This document shows, one piece after another, positions 19,878 to 28,870 of a stretch of 32,409 nucleotides of DNA (its first letter is position 1; every line of letters starts with the position of its first letter). Location of the stretch: assembly GCA_008369845.1 (NCBI GenBank), contig MRSU01011020.1, positions 1-32,409 on the forward strand, read 5' to 3'. Source of the DNA: Trichomonas gallinae (lineage: Eukaryota). The notes under the pieces were generated by a model. That model was not told the DNA's origin and did not search any database. It worked only from the letters and a program-made list of their open reading frames with translations. Position numbers and translations under genes: made by a program.

Positions 19878-21071
19878 ATGTATCAAGCATTGATGCAAGG
19901 AAAAAATGATGTATATGACCAAATTTTTCCCAGACCGAGAAGTTTTAAAGATAAAATTTGGGCTTATATTTTCATTTTTAATTCATTAGCTTGCTTATCT
20001 ATAATTTTATATTATTATATGCAAATGAGAGAACCAATTCATTTTAATATTGATCAATATATCGACTTATTCTTTGAAATTGATGCATTTAAAGGATTAG
20101 GAATAGCTTTGCTTGTATTTTTTGTTCATCTAGTATATTTTTATATATTCCCGACATTTCACGTCAATTTTGGATATATGATGGCCATATATATAGCTAC
20201 TAGTGCATTATGCAGAATGTTTATTCACAAAAATTTTCGAAAATTATATCTAGTGATAATTATATATTCAGCTGTAGTTTTCCTTTTTTGGAAACTGCGC
20301 CCATCACAAAAGATTATTGCGAAATTAATAAGGCCATGTGCGAAACTAATATTGAAAAATTTTCTAATTTACATAATTATGTTTATCTTTACAATAATGA
20401 TGGTTTATTTCTTCATACTTCATGGCTACGTTTATATAAATGACATTACTTTGTACATGTACACGTTTGCTTCCTTAATTTGGATGATCTTGACATTCCA
20501 CAACCTAATTAGTATGATTATGTATGGAATAGTATGTACATGGTATTTTTTGAATAACGAGAACGAAAAACCAAAATTCAGCGTAGTATGGTTTTTCTTC
20601 AGACATGCTTTCACTACATCATTTGGAACAGCCGCAAGCCCAGTTGCCATATTTAAGAAGTGGACATTCTGGGGAGGAGAGTTTGACTACGTTGCGTGTA
20701 TATTATATAATCTATCATATAATGAAGCGAACAGAAAAATGAAGCAAACAAAAATGTTGCCTCGAAATGTTTGGAGAATAGTTTTTAATATATCTTTCTT
20801 TTACAATGCAACACTACTGATATTCTTCACTAATTATTTAAGTCAGCAGTTAATAACAGAAGAAGCCACATTCGTTGGGGATTTTTTTTGTCTCTCTGAA
20901 AATTTGGTATTGATGATTTTGTTTAATAATGCAATACAAGCGATGAAATTCTGCATTAAAACTGCTCCAGATAGAGTTTCTCTAATTCATCCTGATATTG
21001 AAAGTATTATTGACCCAGAGAATGCTAATGTTGCAATAGTCCTTCGGCCTGGAAATGATTGGCAAAATTGA
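19878..21071 (+). CDS. choline transporter-like (CTL/SLC44/PNS1 family) membrane protein, divergent
   Basis: Polytopic protein with RSFKDKIWAYIF, YGIVCTWYF, RHAFTTSFGT and YVACILYNLSYNEA motifs typical of CTL/PNS1. Confidence 0.8.
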   Translation: MYQALMQGKNDVYDQIFPRPRSFKDKIWAYIFIFNSLACLSIILYYYMQMREPIHFNIDQYIDLFFEIDAFKGLGIALLVFFVHLVYFYIFPTFHVNFGYMMAIYIATSALCRMFIHKNFRKLYLVIIIYSAVVFLFWKLRPSQKIIAKLIRPCAKLILKNFLIYIIMFIFTIMMVYFFILHGYVYINDITLYMYTFASLIWMILTFHNLISMIMYGIVCTWYFLNNENEKPKFSVVWFFFRHAFTTSFGTAASPVAIFKKWTFWGGEFDYVACILYNLSYNEANRKMKQTKMLPRNVWRIVFNISFFYNATLLIFFTNYLSQQLITEEATFVGDFFCLSENLVLMILFNNAIQAMKFCIKTAPDRVSLIHPDIESIIDPENANVAIVLRPGNDWQN

Positions 21072-21313
21072 TATTTTTTTTTTAATATTATGTTATATTA
21101 TTATAGATTATAATATTATTATAGATTATAAAGATATTGTTTGTTTAATCAAAAATGCATAACGATGTAAATATACAAGTGATTATCGAGATATTATTGT
21201 AGAATAGAAGATTTGGATGCGAATGAATGCCATACTGACGAAATCAATTTAATTTCTAAAAATTGTTTTGCAAAGAATGTGAAATTATGTCTCAGAGTAT
21301 TATATATGTGAAA

Positions 21314-21724
21314 ATAACACATGTACACTATGCTTGTGGTCCAGATAGAATTCTATAGCACTTATAATGGGAATTTTGCGGGGAAATACATGAAATTGTC
21401 AAACTCCTCCTCACAGTTCCTGGCATAGATGTCAATGCAAAAAATGATGACAATTGGACAGCATTACTTTGGGCTTCATTTAAATGTCATCAATAAGTTG
21501 TCAAATTTCTTCACACAATGCCTAGAATAGATGTCAACACAAAAGGCAATCAAAATTGGACGGCTTTGATTTGGGCCACAGCAAATTGTCATCATGAGGT
21601 TGCCAAACAACTTCTCACGATTCCTGAAATAGATGTCACCGCAAGAGATAAAAACAATAGTACAGCTTTGTTTTGGACTTCAAAAGAAGGTTATTATGAG
21701 ATCGAAAATGTTGAAAGCTCATGA
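21314..21724 (+). pseudogene. ankyrin-repeat pseudogene fragment
   Basis: Repeats HEIVKLLLTVPGIDVNAKNDDNWTALLWASFKCHQ*VVKFLHTMPRIDVNTKGNQNWTALIWATANCHHEVAKQLLTIPEIDV, with in-frame TAA at 21494-21496. Frameshift near 21385-21391 (NSIALIMGILRGN is in another frame). Upstream THVHYAC remnant. Confidence 0.85.
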
Positions 21725-21854
21725 TTCAATTAATTTATTTGGTATTAAAAAACATTGGATTGTTTTCTTACAAGTTGTTCGATTTTAAAAAGCATGACTA
21801 AATCATGAAGAAGAACATCATTGTTTTACGATAGCATGAGGCAAAATAAAAAGA

Positions 21855-21894
21855 TGCTTGAGGTCATCTATATATAATAGAATATGGCATTAAT
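21855..21894 (-). repeat. dispersed bipartite element, copy C (short spacer)
   Basis: ATTAATGCCATAT (21894-21882), N18, CCTCAAGCA (21863-21855). Confidence 0.4.
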
Positions 21895-22363
21895 GTTTCA
21901 AAAATTCTCTTTATAAACGAATATTATCTTATTCTGCATGCACATATAATATTCAACAGAAACAAACTATATGATAATAAAGTAATATATGCATTTTTTT
22001 TTCTTCGTAACAAAGTAATACACGCTAACAATCTCATGAGAATAGATATCAAAATCAAATTTGTAAGTATAAAATAATAGATATATGCCAAACATCTCAA
22101 AGTGAACCAATTTTTAGGTAATAAAATATATTTTCATATTTTTTGTTTCAAATATGCAGAAAATTCATTAGAATTTTGAGCTCCTCCATGTAATACATAA
22201 TTTATCCATTTGATTTTTGTTGATTTTGAAAATAATTATTATTGAATTTTCCAAATAATGAGATAACACTTGTTAATGATAAATAATGATCGAATTTGAT
22301 AGAAAGATACAAAAATATTTATATAATAAACATGTATGTCAATAATAAAAAACAAATATAAAT

Positions 22364-23455
22364 TTAAACAGTTTGAACGCTTTTTCCATCATTGTCTCTA
22401 AGTGGTGTATTTTCGTCATCTTCAAGAGCACCGATGTCATTCTCCTCAGGCGTCTCCAATGGTGATTTATATTTTTCTGTTTGAATTTCCGCTCTTTTGT
22501 TCTTTGCCTTGGATTTACTTTTTCCATATGAGTTGAGACTTATTCCTACTAATATAGAAACTATAGACATGAAGTGATAACCAGTGAATTTCTTGTCTGC
22601 AAATAAAAGAAATGATAAACAAACTGTAAAAGCCTTTCTCAATGATGTAACCATGACAGATACGACAGATCCGAATGTCTTAATAAGTAAATATACGAAT
22701 TGGATGCCAACAGCGCCTAGATATGAAAATATAATAATTTGAACGACGAGACCTGGCTGTTCTTTGCATTGTTTGATGCCTTTCGTAAATTGTCCAGTTG
22801 GTAAAGATAAAGCACCAATGAAAAATGATCCAATCAAGTAAATAATGGCAATAACTTCTGATTGAGGCGCCTGATAGTTTGAGAAAGCTCTTTCTTCAAG
22901 ATTTGAAGCAAATGCATCGCAAAAAAGAGAGGCAATGACAGCAATAAGGCCAGCAGTATCGAATTTATTATGAACTTTTTTATCACTCATTGAAATTCCT
23001 ATCAATCCTGCTACAATGAGAAAGACTGAGAAAATCTCAAGGCAGCTGTACTTCTTTTTGAGAAAGAAAAAGCTTCCAAGCATAACTGGAATTAATTTTG
23101 AGGATCTAAAGAGAACTTGTGTAGGATAACTGATCCTCTCCAATGAGTAGTTCGATAATGCCATAGATCCTACTAAAGCAAAAGCTGTAACAAAGTAAAA
23201 CCAAAATGGCGCGTGTAATTTTGTTTTTCCTGTGATTAATTGGATGAATGTTTTGGCTGATAACGACGAATAGCAGAGAAATTGAACGAAAGTAAGAAAT
23301 AATGACTCGCGACATTTGTATTTTCCAAAAATTTGTTCGTGTGCAGTGCCTTGGAGTAAAAAGAATGCGAAAACGCCAGCAACTCCTATCATTAATATCG
23401 TCCACTTAGGCAGAGATGAAAGATCAAAACCAAATAAAGATGCTTCTGTTTCCAT
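22364..23455 (-). CDS. SLC35B/UAA-family nucleotide-sugar or PAPS transporter (SLC35B3-like)
   Basis: FLTFVQF, LSNYSLERISYPTQVLFRSSKLIPVMLG and VTSLRKAFTVCLSFLLF signature motifs; about 10 TM segments. Confidence 0.92.
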   Translation of the reverse strand: METEASLFGFDLSSLPKWTILMIGVAGVFAFFLLQGTAHEQIFGKYKCRESLFLTFVQFLCYSSLSAKTFIQLITGKTKLHAPFWFYFVTAFALVGSMALSNYSLERISYPTQVLFRSSKLIPVMLGSFFFLKKKYSCLEIFSVFLIVAGLIGISMSDKKVHNKFDTAGLIAVIASLFCDAFASNLEERAFSNYQAPQSEVIAIIYLIGSFFIGALSLPTGQFTKGIKQCKEQPGLVVQIIIFSYLGAVGIQFVYLLIKTFGSVVSVMVTSLRKAFTVCLSFLLFADKKFTGYHFMSIVSILVGISLNSYGKSKSKAKNKRAEIQTEKYKSPLETPEENDIGALEDDENTPLRDNDGKSVQTV

Positions 23456-24109
23456 AAAAAAAATTAAAAATTAAAATTCGATTTTTTTGTTTCATAATAC
23501 TAGATAACTATAAAAAACAATATAATATTAAAAAAATAATAAAAAACTTCAATGATATAATTTTAATTTAATTTTAGTTATTATGTCTAATATAAGAACT
23601 GGGACTTGTTTCCAATTATGCATCTCCTATAGTTGTTTACATGTAGTAGATCCTTATGATCTAAAGCACAACTGAGAAAAACTTTGTCCGTATAATATTT
23701 GTTCGAATAATTAAGGTTAAAGGTTTCGAAAACAGCAAACATAAATTCATGTAAAAACATGCATAAAAATCTTAGTCTTTGTTATTGTTTTACATGCTAG
23801 GTTGGTTCTAATCACCTACCCTAATAAACCCGAGCATTAACTTGGTGAATTATTGACATATGTCAGATTTTGAATGCGGTTAGTCTTAAATTTGACATTT
23901 GACGTTTGTAAAGTGTCAGCACCTTTATTAAAAATGGTATTGATAAGCAAATAAGAAAATCAATGTTTACTTATTTTTCCAAAATTGAGACAGAAAACAG
24001 AAAATTTAATTACTTTAAGGTTCTACCACGAGCGAATGCGAGCGAGTCTCAATTTCATACTCGGCTTATTCCTCGACTCAATTTAGTCTATCGTTTACAT
24101 CTATATATG

Positions 24110-24249
24110 TCCATAATGAATATCACAGTAAAAATGACGTATGATTACGAAATATTTCAAAGTCATTGAAAAATCGCAGATATTGTTAAATAAATAATAA
24201 AATCAGTATTTACATATTATATCCATAATAAATATCACAGAAAAAATGA
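24110..24249 (+). repeat. 28-nt direct repeat, two copies
   Basis: TCCATAATGAATATCACAGTAAAAATGA (24110-24137) versus TCCATAATAAATATCACAGAAAAAATGA (24222-24249), 26/28 identical. Confidence 0.8.
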
Positions 24250-24462
24250 ATCGAAGGATATCGTTCACATAAGAATCCCACTTTTTGCCAAAAGTGACCT
24301 TCACTTTTTCCGGCAGGTCATGTAAACTTTACATAATAAAAAAATAATTTCTATTTTCCATGAAAATAATAAATTTAATAAAATTTAAAAATTTGGCAAA
24401 GAAAAATTTTTAAACTTTTGTCAGTTTTTAAAAATTTTTATCATTTTTTTAGCGAACAGATA

Positions 24463-24822
24463 ATGGTGCGTAATGCTCCCAAACTAATTGATTACAAATC
24501 ACCACGCAAAGGCTCGATGATTGTCGTGGTGGGTAAAAGAGGTGCTATTGATGCTGAGTATCCATATAAAACTGATGCTGAGAGAAACAAAATAATCTCG
24601 ACATTAAAGGGATTACCGCCTAAAAATATTCCTCAAATAGACTTAAAACCAACTATTGTTCCTGATAATCCTGGCCCCTGTGCAATCATAGAGATGAACT
24701 ACAATTCCATTATGCCAAATATTTTTCCACTTGATTCCATCTTTGCTGAGGCTGCTTATGCAACTCAGTTTGACCTGTTAATTGATCCAAATTACGATGT
24801 CTTCAATACCTTTGATCTTTAA
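24463..24822 (+). CDS. hypothetical protein (119 aa), basic N-terminal domain and acidic/aromatic C-terminus
   Basis: First ATG at 24463 (MVRNAPKLIDYKSPRKG...), with Inr TCATTTT at 24441. The ORF-track start at 24418 is TTG. Confidence 0.8.
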   Translation: MVRNAPKLIDYKSPRKGSMIVVVGKRGAIDAEYPYKTDAERNKIISTLKGLPPKNIPQIDLKPTIVPDNPGPCAIIEMNYNSIMPNIFPLDSIFAEAAYATQFDLLIDPNYDVFNTFDL

Positions 24823-24909
24823 GGTCCAGCGTGTATGTTTTAGTTTAATTGAGAAACGATGAAGTGAAAGTCGTGTCTCAATCGGAACTAACAGCAGCAT
24901 ATGGCCCTT
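24821..24909 (+). ncRNA. long RNA hairpin (3' UTR element or hairpin ncRNA) containing splice-like signals
   Basis: The 40-nt arms 24821-24860 and 24870-24909 pair by hand as 29 Watson-Crick plus 5 G.U pairs around the loop GAAGUGAAA. T5 and TAAA follow. Confidence 0.6.
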
Positions 24910-25178
24910 CTTTTTAAAAATACTCTATCGGGTGTCTTTAAAATTACTCTATTTTTAATATATAAGAGATTTGCTTCTTTTTTGCTTAAAATTTTAGATA
25001 TAAACAAATATATAATGATAATTCATCAAAATTGATAAAAATAATAAAAATTTTGGATATTAAACATAAATTTAAACAAATAAGTATAACAAGTATAAGG
25101 AATAAATTGTAAGGAAAGTATATTCATGCTGGAAAGATGGGAAAACAAGATTATTGAAAATTATCTTGAAATCAAAGC

Positions 25179-28100
25179 CTATTTTTGTTCATTTTGCTCA
25201 TCTGGTTTTATTGTTTCTTTTGATGCGAATTTTAAGAGTTTTTCTCTTGAATCAGTTGGAGTTGGATGAACTCGAGGTTCTGGAGCCTCTTTTGCTGGTT
25301 CTTTGTTATTTTCATCTTGTGGAATATCATCTTCTACTGATATTTCAGTTTCTTGTTTAGGAATTTCTTCAACTTCTGGTTTTTGTTCTGCATTCTGGCC
25401 ATTTTGTGTATTATCATTTGTCTTCTCTTCAGTTGAATTATTTTCCGTAGTTTGTTCTATATTTTGAGTTTGACTATTATTTTGATTTTCAATATCAGGC
25501 TTATTTTCAGTAGTTTGCTGATTTTCTTCGTTAGAAGTTGTAGTAGTATTATTATTAGCTTCATTTTGTTGTGGTTGACTAATAATATTTTGTTGATTGT
25601 TATTATCAACATTATTTTCTTCTGAATGGATTGAAAACACCTGCGTATTGCCATTATCGAGTTCAACGAGATCTTTGAGATCAGGAAGTGGCTGTGATTC
25701 TTGTGAAACAGTTTCTTCTGTTTCCGTTTCTTTCTTTTCTTCTTTTTCGTCATCTTTATCTTCATCGACGAAGTTTTCATTCATTTCTTCGTTGTTGTCG
25801 CCTTCTACCTTCTTGTTTTCTTCACCCTTCTTCGTTCTCTTCATCAAAACTGTAGTGTTCAGTATCTTAGTTGTTGTCAGCTGTCCACGCAAGAACTCAA
25901 TCGCTTGGATATATGTGAACAAAATATTATGTGGATCATTTTCAAGATCGTAAACATTCATAGCTAAAACACATAACGTGTTATATACTAAATTGATCAG
26001 ATTGCTTGGTGAGTCATCGACAATAACCAAACCAAGAGTGTGAGGATCAGTCAAATCATGGACAAAAGAAATTTTCGTGTGAACAGGTAAACCAGAAAGA
26101 TTCATTCTGTTGTATAACTCATTGAAAGGCATAACCTTTGGAACTTTGAGATTTTCTTGTAAATAAATAAACTTTGGAACTTTGGTGTCCGAATAAATGA
26201 ATTTTTCATCATCGAAGGCTGTTTTAGATTGATATTCAGCGAGCCATTGAGATAATAATTCATTCTCAGAGCATATGTTAATTGAGTCTGCGAACAAACT
26301 CATCTTGAAGCGGTTCTCTTTATCTTCTGTTTGATGTGTTGAATATGTGAAGTTAACTGTTGAATAACCAATAATTTCTTTTTGCGCGAGTTCTGATGCT
26401 ACACTTTTTACGGCTGCTTTTAATTCTTTTTGTGGCTCCATGAACGCTGGATATATTTTCGCGAACTCCTCGAAGGCAGATATATACAGTCTTTCCCATG
26501 ATGCTGTGCAAACTGGCTTCTGTCCTGCTGGAGGAACAAAAATTGTCAATGATGGGTTGCTTCTTATCATTGTGGGCGCTTCTTCGATAACAGCGCCTTT
26601 CTCCCAGACTTCAGACAAGAACTGTTTTGACTCCCATGGAGGAATGGTGTTCGTTATATTTGGCAAATCATTCAAAATGTTCTGCGCGATTAATTCTTTG
26701 AAATGTGGATCCTTCAAATCATCATCACTTAACATTGCTTTGTGATCTCTCATTTTCTCTAATAAAGCCATCTCTTCTGTAGCAATCCACGCGAAGTCTC
26801 CTGTGTTCATTCTCAGCATCCACATCATGGCTTCGAGATTGTCAATGCTAAGCTGTGCCAATGTTTGACACAATGTAAACCTGTCAAATATTACATCTGT
26901 CGCTTTGAAAAGATTCAATTTTGCGTTTTCGAATAGCCTTCTTATTGCTTCTCTTGAAGACAAAAGAGATACCTTAATAGGAGCAGGCGCCATAACATGT
27001 GCGCTGAGTTTAACTGAGACTTCAACTAATGAATGGCTTGGCGCTTTCGGTCTGATGATTATAGGTAATGTTCCGGCGATGTTTTTAATCTTTGTCAAAG
27101 TCCTCGAATCACTTGCAATAACATCTTCTATTGGCAGTGTTTTAGGAAGACGCTGCTGTGCTGTGAAAAAGTGGACTTTCTGGTCTCCAGACATTTTCTT
27201 GAATTCTTCCACTGTTGCTGTAGGCAATTGTTTCCTTGTGAAAATTATCAAAATTACCCCGCGATTTCTCAACTCAATCAATCTGCCGAATTCTACTGAG
27301 CTGTGGCCGTCTACGAGATGTACACTGACGTGTGGCATGTCAGGGTCATAGATACTTGAGTCCTGATGTATTGCAGCGTACTTATTGATTCTTCTGTCGA
27401 CTTCGATTTTGAGATTCTTCTTAAGTTGATGATATTGGAGCATATTTCTGTACCAGCGCTGAATGATTCTCACAGCTGCACTTGTTCGTCTGATCATTCT
27501 GACTTCACGACGTGCGTAGAAGCCGCGCCAAACAGATTGAATAACAGTTGCTGCTTTATTCTCAGCATTAGGACCGACGAAGCCAACACCGATCTTTGTG
27601 CACTTTCTGCGCTTCTTTTCTGGCGGAATGTCGATGAAACAGAGCATTAATCTATCTTCCGAAATTTCATCGGGATCATATTGTAATAAGTCTAAAACTG
27701 CATTTCCATCAACTTGCACTTTTGAAAAACCGTATGTATTGCATGAATGCTTCAATAATTGGAAAATTACTTCGATTTGTTCCCAAACATTTGTATTCTC
27801 GCGCCTGAAGTCTCTGTAATCTTGTGTATATGTAAGTGGATCTCCATTGATAAACTGCAAACGTAAATGTATGCGTGAAGATTGCATTTTTGATGATTTT
27901 GGCATTGGTGTTGGTGCTTCAATAACACTTCTATCGGAATGTGGTGTTGTTGGAGCCTCTGATTCAGTATCAAGTACATATAAGTCTGGATTTTGAACGC
28001 GTGGAATAGATTTTGTAAAATCGTAAACAAAAGGAGAAACAGTGATTAATCCATCAAGTTGTTGCTTTACTGTTGACTCACTAATCAATCCTGACTCATT

Positions 28101-28628
28101 TAATTGATTTAATCCGTATTTTTTGAAAAGTTTTGGATCAATTTCAGGCAAAGGAGCTCCAGGATCATGAAAATCACGCCTAGGAAGCGAAATCCTTTGA
28201 TTATCTGGTATGTGTCGCATTCTTACTGGCGTAACAGAGGTACATAATCTTTGTTCTCGTCTATCTATTGGACCAATTGGCTGTAATGCGAGTGAATCGA
28301 GTGTCTTGTCGAGAGATGGTGGCTTTACTGGTTCCAAAGGAGGAAGAGGCTTGTTTAAAGTTGATTTTACTCTGCGTCTTTCGATGACTGCATCTTTTAC
28401 AGCGTTTACTGGTAGTGCTCTTGATTGTGACAGTCTTGCACGAACTATTGCTTGTGTTTTCAGACAAAGGTCTCGATCAGCTTTTGCGATTAATTCTTGC
28501 ATTTCTTTATTGATTTGATCTTTTCCATTAGGAATGTCTTTATATTTCTCTTTGAGGGATGCCATGTCATCCTGTAACTGTGACAAGATGGAAGCTACAT
28601 CTCTTTGATGTACAGCTTCAGCATCCAT
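25179..28628 (-). CDS. IQCH: IQ-motif protein, IQCH-like, with low-complexity N/Q/E tail
   Basis: IQ motifs AATVIQSVWRGFYARR and AVRIIQRWYRN. Downstream blocks SREAIRRLFENAKL, GAVIEEAP, NPSLTIFVPPAG and GYSTVNF resemble IQCH. The likely start is ATG 28628 after TTCACGTTAAAATCC; upstream ATGs lie in TGTCA-rich promoter-like DNA. Confidence 0.75.
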   Translation of the reverse strand: MDAEAVHQRDVASILSQLQDDMASLKEKYKDIPNGKDQINKEMQELIAKADRDLCLKTQAIVRARLSQSRALPVNAVKDAVIERRRVKSTLNKPLPPLEPVKPPSLDKTLDSLALQPIGPIDRREQRLCTSVTPVRMRHIPDNQRISLPRRDFHDPGAPLPEIDPKLFKKYGLNQLNESGLISESTVKQQLDGLITVSPFVYDFTKSIPRVQNPDLYVLDTESEAPTTPHSDRSVIEAPTPMPKSSKMQSSRIHLRLQFINGDPLTYTQDYRDFRRENTNVWEQIEVIFQLLKHSCNTYGFSKVQVDGNAVLDLLQYDPDEISEDRLMLCFIDIPPEKKRRKCTKIGVGFVGPNAENKAATVIQSVWRGFYARREVRMIRRTSAAVRIIQRWYRNMLQYHQLKKNLKIEVDRRINKYAAIHQDSSIYDPDMPHVSVHLVDGHSSVEFGRLIELRNRGVILIIFTRKQLPTATVEEFKKMSGDQKVHFFTAQQRLPKTLPIEDVIASDSRTLTKIKNIAGTLPIIIRPKAPSHSLVEVSVKLSAHVMAPAPIKVSLLSSREAIRRLFENAKLNLFKATDVIFDRFTLCQTLAQLSIDNLEAMMWMLRMNTGDFAWIATEEMALLEKMRDHKAMLSDDDLKDPHFKELIAQNILNDLPNITNTIPPWESKQFLSEVWEKGAVIEEAPTMIRSNPSLTIFVPPAGQKPVCTASWERLYISAFEEFAKIYPAFMEPQKELKAAVKSVASELAQKEIIGYSTVNFTYSTHQTEDKENRFKMSLFADSINICSENELLSQWLAEYQSKTAFDDEKFIYSDTKVPKFIYLQENLKVPKVMPFNELYNRMNLSGLPVHTKISFVHDLTDPHTLGLVIVDDSPSNLINLVYNTLCVLAMNVYDLENDPHNILFTYIQAIEFLRGQLTTTKILNTTVLMKRTKKGEENKKVEGDNNEEMNENFVDEDKDDEKEEKKETETEETVSQESQPLPDLKDLVELDNGNTQVFSIHSEENNVDNNNQQNIISQPQQNEANNNTTTTSNEENQQTTENKPDIENQNNSQTQNIEQTTENNSTEEKTNDNTQNGQNAEQKPEVEEIPKQETEISVEDDIPQDENNKEPAKEAPEPRVHPTPTDSREKLLKFASKETIKPDEQNEQK

Positions 28629-28675
28629 GGATTTTAACGTGAAAATTTTTGTCATTTGACACATTACTTCTATAC

Positions 28676-28870
28676 ATTTTGACATTGTAAATTATTCAAA
28701 TGATGGCAAAAATGATTTGTAAAATATTGAAATTTTCAAAATCTGTCTTTGTAAAATGTAAACAAAATTTTATTTCTAATTAAAAATCATAAATTTAGAT
28801 TTATTCTCGATAGAAGTATTTATTTTATATTTTATGTTTTGGATATTTTGACATTGTAAATTATTTAAAT
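28676..28870 (+). repeat. 26-nt direct repeat, two copies
   Basis: ATTTTGACATTGTAAATTATTCAAAT (28676-28701) versus ATTTTGACATTGTAAATTATTTAAAT (28845-28870), 25/26 identical. Confidence 0.8.

Noticed and set aside
21494..21496. Possible TAA reassignment or readthrough in the ankyrin frame
   Set aside because: TAA is the ordinary stop for most genes here, and a nearby frameshift indicates pseudogenisation.
23963..24169. 68-aa ORF and a weak hairpin around 24040-24070
   Set aside because: No homology cues, it overlaps the promoter repeat, and the stem is short and bulged.
24850..24880. Hammerhead, SECIS or C/D snoRNA reading of GATGAAGTGAAAG
   Set aside because: No CUGANGA core with three stems, no AUGA/GA quartet at SECIS spacing and no in-frame TGA in the gene, and no terminal C and D boxes.
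24826..24898. IRE1/HAC1-type splice sites (CCAGCG, CAGCAGC)
   Set aside because: The motifs lie in a stem, not in 7-nt loops, and the gene is not a bZIP.
25457..28518. Multiple antisense or alternate-frame ORFs inside the IQCH-like gene (likewise inside the exportin, PDE and RhoGAP genes)
   Set aside because: Expected shadows of long coding regions; no motifs, and many have non-ATG starts.
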